Below are positions 1 to 8,900 of a stretch of DNA of 20,000 nt, piece by piece. Within the stretch, counting starts at the first letter, position 1. Every line of letters begins with the position of its first letter. This stretch comes from an uncultured virus (IMG/VR IMGVR_UViG_3300000928_001655) (lineage: Duplodnaviria > Heunggongvirae > Uroviricota > Caudoviricetes): IMG/VR virus record IMGVR_UViG_3300000928_001655. The stretch is one strand, 5' to 3'. Below the pieces are notes generated by a model, which was given only the letters and a program-made list of their open reading frames with translations, ran no database searches and was not told the origin of the DNA. Both the position numbers and the translations under genes were made by a program.

Positions 1-1
1 G

Positions 2-1168
2 TTCTATTTCTGGAACTCAGTATATCGTATCCCAGAAGACCAACGTGAAGCGACTGCGAAGTCTTATCGTCAACTTGGTGTAATTTGTGCGGATATCCTA
101 CAGGGTGAGTACGAAGGACAAGTTGTAAAAGCTGATACTGCAACAGAAGCAGAATCAACTAAAGTTAAAGAACTCGCAGGAATGTTTTATCTAAGTCAGA
201 TAAATAAAGATGTAAAAGAGTTACAAACACTTATTGCACCTGATTATGACTGGGTTGAAAAACCATTTAGAGATGCCGCAGATATTCTACTATCCAAACG
301 TGGTCCTCTTCAGTATGATACAGTAAGATTTGTTAACGCAACTTATAAGTTTATTGATATTAATTTGACAAGACGTGACGCAGGTAACTTGTTGCAGACT
401 ATTGTGAATGATGTTAAATTCATAAATCCGAACACTAATCAAAGGGGTTCAACAAAAGCAACAAGAACATTCTCGCAATCGTTCTTCGACCAAAAAGGTC
501 AACATGTGTTCCCAGTGTTCAATTCTACAACATCTGGGTTGTCTTTCAAAGGAGTGGTTCCAGATATCTCTGCACGTAATGCGTTGCAGTCAGATCCAAA
601 CGTAAGTTTGAAAAAGAACCACGCATATATTGTTTCTACTGACACTAATGTCAACTTCTACGCAGGAACTATATACTATTGGAACGGTTCAGCATGGATC
701 GATGATGGCGCAAACAATACTGATCTTCTCTATGCATTCTATGCAACATGGGATAGAATTAGAGACTTTATCATTGCGAACTACTCACCAGATGCACTGC
801 ATAGTTCATTTATTGAGATCTTGTTTAATGAATGTCTAAAAGACAACATTTTGAGACCAAACGTGTTGACATTCGGTTCACTTGTTGAATCAATCGCACA
901 CCAGTTCAACGGTGGTGCTGCAGGTGTTAACAGAACTGCGTTGCCATTGAACTTTAGAAACCTCGGACCTGCAACGTCTGCGATTTCTTCGGTTCTTTCT
1001 GAAGACGGTGGTCGTGTAAGATGGTCTGGTGCAGACGAATTGAATAACCAATACTTCGCAAGAGGTTTGAGAATTAACGGTAGAACAGGTCGTATCGAAG
1101 GTCGACCATTTACATCTTCGGTTCGGAAACTCGCAAGACGTGCTTCGAACTCAAGAGCTGTAGTATAA
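2..1168 (+). CDS. C-terminal part of a large phage virion structural protein (5' end outside window)
   Basis: Frame 2 is open from base 2 (FYFWNSVYRIPEDQREATAKSY...) into the track ORF 182..1168, so ATG182 is probably internal. The C-terminus (SLVESIAHQF...EDGGRVRWSGADELNNQYFARGLRINGRTGRIEGRPF) resembles from memory the C-terminal motif of large structural proteins of T4-like aquatic phages. Stop TAA at 1166-1168. Confidence 0.75.
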   Translation, partial: FYFWNSVYRIPEDQREATAKSYRQLGVICADILQGEYEGQVVKADTATEAESTKVKELAGMFYLSQINKDVKELQTLIAPDYDWVEKPFRDAADILLSKRGPLQYDTVRFVNATYKFIDINLTRRDAGNLLQTIVNDVKFINPNTNQRGSTKATRTFSQSFFDQKGQHVFPVFNSTTSGLSFKGVVPDISARNALQSDPNVSLKKNHAYIVSTDTNVNFYAGTIYYWNGSAWIDDGANNTDLLYAFYATWDRIRDFIIANYSPDALHSSFIEILFNECLKDNILRPNVLTFGSLVESIAHQFNGGAAGVNRTALPLNFRNLGPATSAISSVLSEDGGRVRWSGADELNNQYFARGLRINGRTGRIEGRPFTSSVRKLARRASNSRAVV

Positions 1169-1180
1169 AAGGAAAGAATA

Positions 1181-1636
1181 ATGGCAGTTGAATCATACGT
1201 AGACGCAAATACTGGGATTACCGTAATAAGGACATCTCAGGCACCCGATGCGTTCCCAATCGGTTTTAATGCAGTCTTAACCACAGAATTTGATGAAGTC
1301 ATTACTGTTCCTCAGTTTATGGTTCCAGAACTTGTATTTGGTGGTAGTGAGACTATTGAGCCTGGTATCGGGGAAGTTATTTCCCCATTGATCCTTTGTA
1401 ACACAACTCAAAATACTGTAACAGTTGACGTTAACATTTATCGTTATGAGAATTCATTGACATTTGATTTGATTAAAAATCTTCCAGTGCCTGCCTACGA
1501 CACAATACCAATTCCGATTAACGGTCAGTTCTTTGTATCGGGTGACATACTTCAAGCAAAATGTAGTGCAAATCTTGCAGTTACTGCAACGTTGTCATAT
1601 ACCATAGGTCAGAGCGAGGAATACGATGTCGACTAG
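1181..1636 (+). CDS. Small beta-rich phage structural/hypothetical protein, 151 aa
   Basis: AGGA Shine-Dalgarno at 1170-1173, 12-nt gap after the upstream stop, and the same codon style as neighbours. Alternating beta-strand pattern (ILCNTT..VTVDV..LIKNLPVPAYDT..GDILQAKCSAN..TLSY). Confidence 0.8.
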   Translation: MAVESYVDANTGITVIRTSQAPDAFPIGFNAVLTTEFDEVITVPQFMVPELVFGGSETIEPGIGEVISPLILCNTTQNTVTVDVNIYRYENSLTFDLIKNLPVPAYDTIPIPINGQFFVSGDILQAKCSANLAVTATLSYTIGQSEEYDVD

Positions 1637-4600
1637 GTTTAAGTCTTTCAGAGGTGGCACAGTCACACTAGGGAAAGGGATACCACAAGCGTTCCCTATT
1701 ACCCTTGATCCAGCCCCCTTTGAGGGGTCTATTGTCTATGCGGATAACGGAGAAATGCGTTATTCGGATGGTACTAACTGGTTAAACATGGGTACTGGTC
1801 CTCAAGGGACTACAGGTTTTCAAGGCGCAGACGGTACACAGGGTGCACAAGGTCTACAAGGTGATTACGGTCCTGGTTTTACAATCATTGGTTCCGTTGC
1901 AGATGTAGATGCAGGTGGTGATCCACAAGCAACTCTCAACACTGCATTCCCATCCGCTTCTGTGGGTGAAGGTGTTATTGATGACACAGATGAAGAACTT
2001 TGGATCTATGACGGTGTTAACTGGATTAATATCGGTACATTTAGAGGTGTACAAGGTTTCCAAGGCGTTCAAGGCGTACAGGGTACACAAGGTGACCTCG
2101 GTCAAAAAGGTGTACAAGGTTTCCGTGGATTTAGAGGTTTCCAAGGTTTACAAGGCGTTCAAGGTACGCAGGGTTTCCAAGGTATTCAAGGTTACAAAGG
2201 TAATCAGGGAATCCAAGGAGCGCAGGGAACGCAAGGTTTACAAGGCGATCAAGGCACACAAGGTGTGCAGGGTCCTCAAGGACCTCAAGGTTTGCAAGGT
2301 CTACAGGGACCTCAAGGACCCCAAGGATTGCAGGGTGATCAAGGTGTACAAGGTACAGACGGTGCATTCGCAGGTCAAGGTGTTCAGGGTACTCAAGGTC
2401 TTCAAGGAGATCAAGGCGTACAAGGAACGCAAGGTGTTCAAGGTCCCCAAGCTTCTCAGGGTGTACAAGGTACACAAGGTTGGCAAGGTGAAGCAATTCA
2501 AGGTATCCAAGGACTACAAGGTCCTCAAGGATTACAAGGATTGCAGGGTCCCCAAGGTTTACAAGGTGACCAAGGTACTCAAGGCGTACAGGGTGGACAA
2601 GGTCCTCAAGGAACGCAAGGTGGTACTGGTAGCACTGGTTTGCAGGGTTTGCAAGGTACTCAAGGCGTACAGGGCGTACAAGGTTTCCAAGGCGTACAAG
2701 GTTTTGACGGAACTTATGGTGGTCTAACATTCGAATGGGAATTAAACCCAATTTCTGGTGACGCATTCCCAGGCGTTGGTAAATTTGGTCTCGTTGATGG
2801 TACAGTTGCGAGTTCAGGAGTTGTATCTAACATTGATAAGATCTGGTTTGACGACAAACCATATGATTCAAACAGACGTATTGACGATCTATTCAACTAT
2901 ATTGACAGAGTTAATGGTAGTCCTAAAGGTGAAATCGTAATTCAGACTCCACGTGATTCTGCAACTAATGATTTCGAATTCCTTGTTTTCTCTATCTTAG
3001 ACTGGACATGGGCGCAAGGTGGTGAAGATAATGGTTGGTTTGATGTTGAATTCATTGAAAAATCACTATTAGGTGCGGCAGGTGCAAACACTAACTCATG
3101 GTTAGACACTACTGCAAGATATGGTGACGTTGCAATCGTTTCATTCAACCCTACGGGTCCTGTTGGTGCGACTGGTACACAGGGTACAACTGGTATTCAG
3201 GGTGATCTCGGTAATCAGGGTGTGCAAGGCGGTCAAGGAATACAGGGTGTTCAAGGTCCTCAAGGTTTCCAAGGGTTCCAAGGTATTCAAGGTGAGGCGA
3301 TCCAAGGTGTACAGGGTACACAGGGCTTCCAAGGTATTCAAGGATATCAAGGCTTCCAAGGTATACAGGGTCAAGAAGGATCTCGTGTCTTTGAAGTTAC
3401 TAATGTAGGTAACATTGCATACCAAATCGATGGTGTGAATAACCCATCACTACAATTGTTAAGAGGTTTCACTTACACATTCGATGTAAGTGCGACTGGT
3501 CACCCATTCTTTATCAAAACTGCGCCAGGCACTGGTACAGGTAACCAATATAACAGTGGTGTAACAAACAATGGTGCACAAAATGGTCTGATAACATTCA
3601 GAGTTCCATTTAACGCACCAGATCTTTTGTACTACCAGTGTTCTTTACACAGTGGTATGGTTGGTCTACTTAATATTTCCGATTTGGGACCTCAAGGTCC
3701 TCAAGGTCCGCAGGGTACACAGGGTATTCAAGGTATCCAAGGTGACTCAGGATCGTTCGGTGGTGCATCATTTGATTACACATTCGAAGATACATTCACT
3801 GATTCTGATCCAGGCGTTGGTAAAGTTAAGTTTAACAACAACTTTTTGTCCAGTTCTACATTCATGTGGATCGACGAAAGAGATGACAACTTTGTCAACT
3901 TAGATAATTACTTTACATCATTAGATACAGTTATTGGTCTTGTCAAAGGTCAAATAAAAATTATGAAAAAGGCAGATCCAACCTTTTTCGCTGTATTCGA
4001 ATATTCTGACGTTACTGATAAAACTGGTTACTGGGAATTTGATGTTGCATACTTAGGTGGTTCCGCCGCAGGATTTGCTGATGATGACGATGTCATTATT
4101 ACATTCTCACGTGCAGGTTCAACAGGTGCAGGGACACAAGGTGCGCAAGGTACTGATGGTCTCCAAGGCGGATTTGGTGCACAGGGTATCCAAGGTGTTC
4201 AAGGTATTTCCCAACAGGGTACACAAGGTATTCAGGGTATACAAGGTGGTGACGGTGCTCAAGGTGGTACTGGATCGGGAACACAGGGTCCTCAAGGTGT
4301 CCAAGGTGAAGCTGGTGCACAAGGTGGTATCGGTTTCCAAGGTGCTGATGGATTTGGTTCACAAGGTGTTGCAGGTATTCAAGGGGAACGTGGTTTCCAA
4401 GGTGATATCGGTGAAGGTGGACAAGGTGTTCAAGGTCCTCAAGGTGCAGATGGTGCACAAGGTCTTCAAGGTCCCCAAGGTCCCACATCTCAAGGTGTAG
4501 GTGGTGGAGTTGGCCCAATCGGTCCTCAAGGTATACAAGGTGTCCAAGGTGGCGGCGGTATCCAAGGTGGATTTGGTGTTGGTGTCCGTGGTAACCAAGG

Positions 4601-5531
4601 TACTCAAGGTACACAGGGTGTGCAGGGTCTCCAAGGTGGTAACGGTGGTGGCGGTGGACAAGGTGTCCAAGGTTATCAAGGTCCGCAGGGTATTCAAGGT
4701 GAAACAGGTGCAGATAGTACTGCGCAAGGTTTCCAAGGTCCTCAAGGTACACAAGGTCCTACTTCACAGGGTACTTTAGGTACACAGGGTGTCCAAGGTC
4801 CGCAAGGAACACAGGGTGTTCAAGGTACGGCGGGTACTGGTGAAGGTGGTGTACAGGGTGTTCAAGGATACCAAGGTGTACAAGGTGATAATGGTTTCCA
4901 AGGACCCGCAGGTACTGGGGAAGATGGTTTCCAAGGATTTAGAGGTTTCCAAGGTGGAGCAGGTGAAAGTCTGCAAGGACCTGCAGGTTCAGGTGCGCAA
5001 GGTGAACAAGGTTACCAAGGTGTGCAAGGTGGGCCAGGATCTCAAGGTGGTGTCGGTGTAGGACCTTCTGGTGTACAGGGTGTCCAAGGTTTCCAAGGTG
5101 TCCAAGGTGATATTGGTATCCAAGGGGATCAGGGTGACTTCGTTCAAGGTAGTGCAGGTTTCCAAGGTGAAACAGGTAGTATTGGTCTACAGGGTGGTGA
5201 TGGTCTACAAGGACCAGCAGGGCCAGGTAACTCCGCTGTTACTTTAGATGTGAATAACATTTATGGTACAGGTCTTGAATCATCAAACATGTTTGTCACA
5301 TTCGTGCCTGGTGGTGCAGGTGGTAGAACAGTATATGCGACAACAGGTCCTAATACTGGTTCACAACAGAACTTCTTCTACAATACCAATGCTGATACAC
5401 TTTATCTAGAAAATATAACCGCTGATGGTAACCTATTTGCAGGAGGTGCGTTGATTGGTTCACACCAAGATCCTTCGAACAGAACATTAATTATTAGGGA
5501 TGCAGCGGGATCGGTTGTGTGGGGTACTTAA
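1626..5531 (+). CDS. Collagen-like (Gly-X-Gln) fibre protein with inserted globular domains, 1301 aa
   Basis: GAGG at 1616-1619. The start overlaps the upstream gene by 11 nt, suggesting translational coupling. Five G-X-Y tracts are separated by non-collagen domains. Confidence 0.9.
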   Translation: MSTRFKSFRGGTVTLGKGIPQAFPITLDPAPFEGSIVYADNGEMRYSDGTNWLNMGTGPQGTTGFQGADGTQGAQGLQGDYGPGFTIIGSVADVDAGGDPQATLNTAFPSASVGEGVIDDTDEELWIYDGVNWINIGTFRGVQGFQGVQGVQGTQGDLGQKGVQGFRGFRGFQGLQGVQGTQGFQGIQGYKGNQGIQGAQGTQGLQGDQGTQGVQGPQGPQGLQGLQGPQGPQGLQGDQGVQGTDGAFAGQGVQGTQGLQGDQGVQGTQGVQGPQASQGVQGTQGWQGEAIQGIQGLQGPQGLQGLQGPQGLQGDQGTQGVQGGQGPQGTQGGTGSTGLQGLQGTQGVQGVQGFQGVQGFDGTYGGLTFEWELNPISGDAFPGVGKFGLVDGTVASSGVVSNIDKIWFDDKPYDSNRRIDDLFNYIDRVNGSPKGEIVIQTPRDSATNDFEFLVFSILDWTWAQGGEDNGWFDVEFIEKSLLGAAGANTNSWLDTTARYGDVAIVSFNPTGPVGATGTQGTTGIQGDLGNQGVQGGQGIQGVQGPQGFQGFQGIQGEAIQGVQGTQGFQGIQGYQGFQGIQGQEGSRVFEVTNVGNIAYQIDGVNNPSLQLLRGFTYTFDVSATGHPFFIKTAPGTGTGNQYNSGVTNNGAQNGLITFRVPFNAPDLLYYQCSLHSGMVGLLNISDLGPQGPQGPQGTQGIQGIQGDSGSFGGASFDYTFEDTFTDSDPGVGKVKFNNNFLSSSTFMWIDERDDNFVNLDNYFTSLDTVIGLVKGQIKIMKKADPTFFAVFEYSDVTDKTGYWEFDVAYLGGSAAGFADDDDVIITFSRAGSTGAGTQGAQGTDGLQGGFGAQGIQGVQGISQQGTQGIQGIQGGDGAQGGTGSGTQGPQGVQGEAGAQGGIGFQGADGFGSQGVAGIQGERGFQGDIGEGGQGVQGPQGADGAQGLQGPQGPTSQGVGGGVGPIGPQGIQGVQGGGGIQGGFGVGVRGNQGTQGTQGVQGLQGGNGGGGGQGVQGYQGPQGIQGETGADSTAQGFQGPQGTQGPTSQGTLGTQGVQGPQGTQGVQGTAGTGEGGVQGVQGYQGVQGDNGFQGPAGTGEDGFQGFRGFQGGAGESLQGPAGSGAQGEQGYQGVQGGPGSQGGVGVGPSGVQGVQGFQGVQGDIGIQGDQGDFVQGSAGFQGETGSIGLQGGDGLQGPAGPGNSAVTLDVNNIYGTGLESSNMFVTFVPGGAGGRTVYATTGPNTGSQQNFFYNTNADTLYLENITADGNLFAGGALIGSHQDPSNRTLIIRDAAGSVVWGT
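1791..5228 (+). repeat. Collagen triplet tracts (9-nt periodic ggtNNNcaa) at about 1791-1877, 2035-2710, 3156-3380, 3687-3755 and 4116-5228
   Basis: Directly visible caaggt-rich 9-nt periodicity encoding GVQ/GTQ/GFQ/GIQ/GPQ/GLQ triplets. Confidence 0.95.
3384..3677 (+). other. Cupredoxin-like domain with putative type-1 copper ligands inside the collagen fibre
   Basis: GHPF (His codon 3501) followed by YYQCSLHSGM (Cys 3639, His 3648, Met 3657). This C-x2-H-x2-M spacing is the same as in amicyanin. Confidence 0.65.
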
Positions 5532-5548
5532 TTGCTCTGAGATCATTA

Positions 5549-5556
5549 TATAAATA
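5549..5556 (+). promoter_or_regulatory. T4-type late promoter (TATAAATA)
   Basis: Exact T4 gp55 late promoter consensus in the 46-nt intergenic gap, 21 nt upstream of ATG5578. Confidence 0.8.
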
Positions 5557-5577
5557 AAAAGAAAAAAGAGTAATCGT

Positions 5578-5916
5578 ATGGCCTCTCAAGCAAATATTTA
5601 CATAGACAAAGGTTCAGATTTTCGTGTCGAATTAAATTTATTCGACGGCGACGAGGATGCTTTACCCATCACTGTTCTAGATTTTTTTGCGGATATTCGT
5701 AAAGTTTATTCAGAAGGCAATCCCCTTACAAGTTTCACAGTAGAAAAGAGCACTCAGATTGCAGGGTTAATTACACTTGTATTAACTGACACGCAAACTA
5801 GAGCACTCAAGCCAGGTAAATATCAATATGATGTACTAATGCGAAAACAATCTGGGGAAATGTCTAAGATACTTGAAGGACTTGCTTTTGTCGTAGATAC
5901 AGTAACAGAGGTTTAG
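5578..5916 (+). CDS. Small phage structural adaptor, BppU N-terminal-like beta-sandwich, 112 aa
   Basis: The pattern NIYIDKGSDF...ADIRK...GLITLVLTDTQTRALKPGKYQYDVLM...ILEG..V matches, from memory, a small adaptor family found before fibre genes. It lies directly downstream of the late promoter. Confidence 0.7.
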   Translation: MASQANIYIDKGSDFRVELNLFDGDEDALPITVLDFFADIRKVYSEGNPLTSFTVEKSTQIAGLITLVLTDTQTRALKPGKYQYDVLMRKQSGEMSKILEGLAFVVDTVTEV

Positions 5917-5920
5917 GCGC

Positions 5921-8900
5921 ATGGCAATTAAAGTCGTAATAGGAAGTGCACCAGAAAGAACGGTAACAACCGTACTAGAAGGTGAACAAAAACCTCTCAT
6001 CACACCAGATTCCGTAACTCTTGGTGTTGATACTGTAGGTCCTTACGTTGCAACTCTATCATCGGGTAATGGTGTTATATTATTCCCAGATGATGCGAAT
6101 ACACGCAACATTGAAACAGCAAACATCACTATCGTTCACGCAAACACATCTTCTGGTGTGTCCTCGAATAATGACGTACTGCAATTCGTAAGAAATGTAG
6201 AGATCGATCAGTTCGGTCACGTTACAGTATTCGCAAGTACAGAATTCAATTCAGATCAGTTCTATGCAAGTAATGGTGTCATTTTCACAAATGATATCAC
6301 TATTGGTAATACAGTTATTGGTAATAACGAATCAACTCTTGATCTAGCAGGTTTGACTTCCCTTATCGTTGGTGAATTAACTCTTGCAAACAATACTATT
6401 GCAACAGGTGAAAACCTCACATTTGAAACTGGTGCAAATGGTTTCATATCAGTTGCCACTGCACGTATCTCTGATCTTGCAGATCCAATTTTCAATCAAG
6501 ATGCAGTTTCAAAATCCTATGTTGACAATGCAATTGATGGTTTGGAACAAGGTCTTTTGTTCGTTGCGGACCCTCAAGGGCCAAATGATGCAACCAACAA
6601 ACGGTATGTTGACAATCTTGTACAAGGTCTTAATGTCAAACCGTCTGCACTAGCTGCAACAACTTCAGATCTCTTAGGTACATTCAACTCTGCAAACAAT
6701 ACTCTTGTTCTTCCTGCATATGGCACGATGAACATTGACGGAGTTACGACTTGGGGAATTGGTGATCAGGTACTTGTTAAAGATCAGACTAATCCTGCAG
6801 AGAACGGTTCTTATGACGTTATCATGTTGGGTAACGATTTCCTTCCATGGGTACTAAAAAGATCTGATTACTCCAATGAGAGTGCAGAGATCCCAGGCTC
6901 ATTCGAGTTTGTTACTGATGGTACAGTAAATGGCAACAAAGCGTTCGTTGCGACAGTTGTTGATGCAGAATCATACAACATTAACCAAGACGCAGTTACA
7001 TGGACACAGTTCTTTGGTGAAGGAAACTTTACTGCAGGGAAAGATATCACCCTTGTGGGTGGACGTGAGTTTAATCTCAACTCAAATGCATCATTCGATA
7101 CTATCACGAGTTTGGATTTAGAGACATTAACAATTGTTTCTAACACAGTATTCATCGATTCAGAAGGTGCACTTATCCTTCCAGTAGGATCTTCAGACGA
7201 TAGACCTAATAATATTAGAGGTATGGTTCGTTACAACACAACGGACAATCAGTTTGAAGGATATGATGGTGCGGCATGGTCTGGACTAGGTGGAGTGATC
7301 GATGGAGATCAAGACACAAAGATCATCGCAGAAGATTCTGCAGGCGCAGACAACGATCAACTTAAATTTATCACTGGTGATGTTAATAGACTGACAATAG
7401 ATCAGTATGGTATCCTTGCAAATACAGATATCAACATTGACACAACTGGTGCATTAACACTTCCAGATGGTACATCTGCCCAACGTGATGCACTCGTTAC
7501 GCTCCGTAGAGGTATGATTCGTTACAATACTTCAGACGATCAGTTCGAAGGTTATAACGGAAACAATTGGCAAGGTCTCGGTGGCGTTGTTGATGTTGAC
7601 CAAGATACAAGAATTACTGCAGAGTATGCGCCTGGTGGAGATCAAGACGAACTGAACTTCTATGCAGGTGGAAACCACGTAGCTCAGTTCTATGCAAACA
7701 AAGATGTATACTTCTACGGTAACATGGATATCGCAGGTAACGTTGTTATCGGTGGTAATATCAAACTTGGTGACAACGAAGTCGATAGTATCGAAGTCGT
7801 TGCCGACTTCACAAGTAACTTGTTACCTAATGATAATGACACATACATGCTTGGTGGTACTGGTAAGAACTGGTATAAACTATTTGCAGGTAGAATTGGA
7901 CATGACAGTAATGTCGTAATCATTGAAACAGAAGGTGCGTTAACTCTTCCAGTTGGTACAACTGCACAGAGACCACCATCTTTTGAAGGTCAAATTCGTT
8001 TTAACACTGACGACAGTCGATTTGAAGGTTATGATGGAAACATCTGGGCAGGTCTTGCAGGATCTGTTATTGACGTTGATCAGGATACAAAGATCACTGC
8101 AGAGTCTTCACCTAATGCAGACAATGATGAACTACAGTTCTTCACTTCAGGTGATCTAAGACTTACTATTACAGATGATGGTATTCTTCAATGGCCAGCA
8201 GGAAACAATGCATTCTTAACAGTGCCTGGTGGTTTTCTTAATGTTGGCAATGCCATTATAACAAATCTACAAGACCCTGTCAATGACCAAGATGCAGTTA
8301 CGAAGTTTTATTTGGAACAGGGTGGCTTTGCGAGCACACTTACACTTAAAGATAGTGCAAATACTCACTTAGTTGCACTCTTAAAAGATCCAGTCGTCAC
8401 TGTTGGTCGTGGTCTAGAGATCCAGAACGCAAATACAACTGCATTTGAACTCGCAATGGATGAAACAGGTGTCCAACCAGGCGTTTATGGTAACGATGGT
8501 CAGGTTCCTAGAGTTCGAATCGGTACTGATGGACGTGTCGACTTTGCGACAGAAGTTCCAATCGAAATCGTTGCGAACGGTATTCCAAACTTTACAGAGG
8601 TGTCTATGGACATCACTGGTTTGATGTTCAGAGATGGTACACACACTGGTGTATATGTCCTCTATGACGATGCCGCAAACACAATTAATATTAGTCATAA
8701 CACATCTCCTATCACAAACACTGAGTTTGAAGAGGGAGAGATGATCCAGAACTTGAAGTTCGACGATTTTGGTCATGTTACTGTTCTCGAATCTGCAAAC
8801 ACCGATGGGATTTACTTACGTCTTGATGGTGCAGTACATGCCGCCAATACAATTGCTGCCCCAAGGTTCGCAGACTCTGCAAATACAGATTACTATATTG

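Noticed and set aside
182..184. ATG182 as the start of gene 1
   Set aside because: The frame is open and protein-like upstream to the window edge, so this is probably an internal Met.
200..206. ATAAATA inside gene 1 as a late promoter
   Set aside because: It lies within coding sequence (QINK), about 1 kb from the next start, and is compatible with chance in AT-rich DNA.
1854..5061. Many alternate-frame and reverse-strand ORFs (KVYKV-, TLYTL- and LEYL-rich, up to 272 aa)
   Set aside because: They are shadows of the 9-nt collagen periodicity, which lacks stops in other frames, and they lie wholly inside gene 3.
5532..5577. Rho-independent terminator between genes 3 and 4
   Set aside because: No GC-rich stem followed by a U-tract on the + strand. 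The gap is explained by the late promoter and an A-rich leader.
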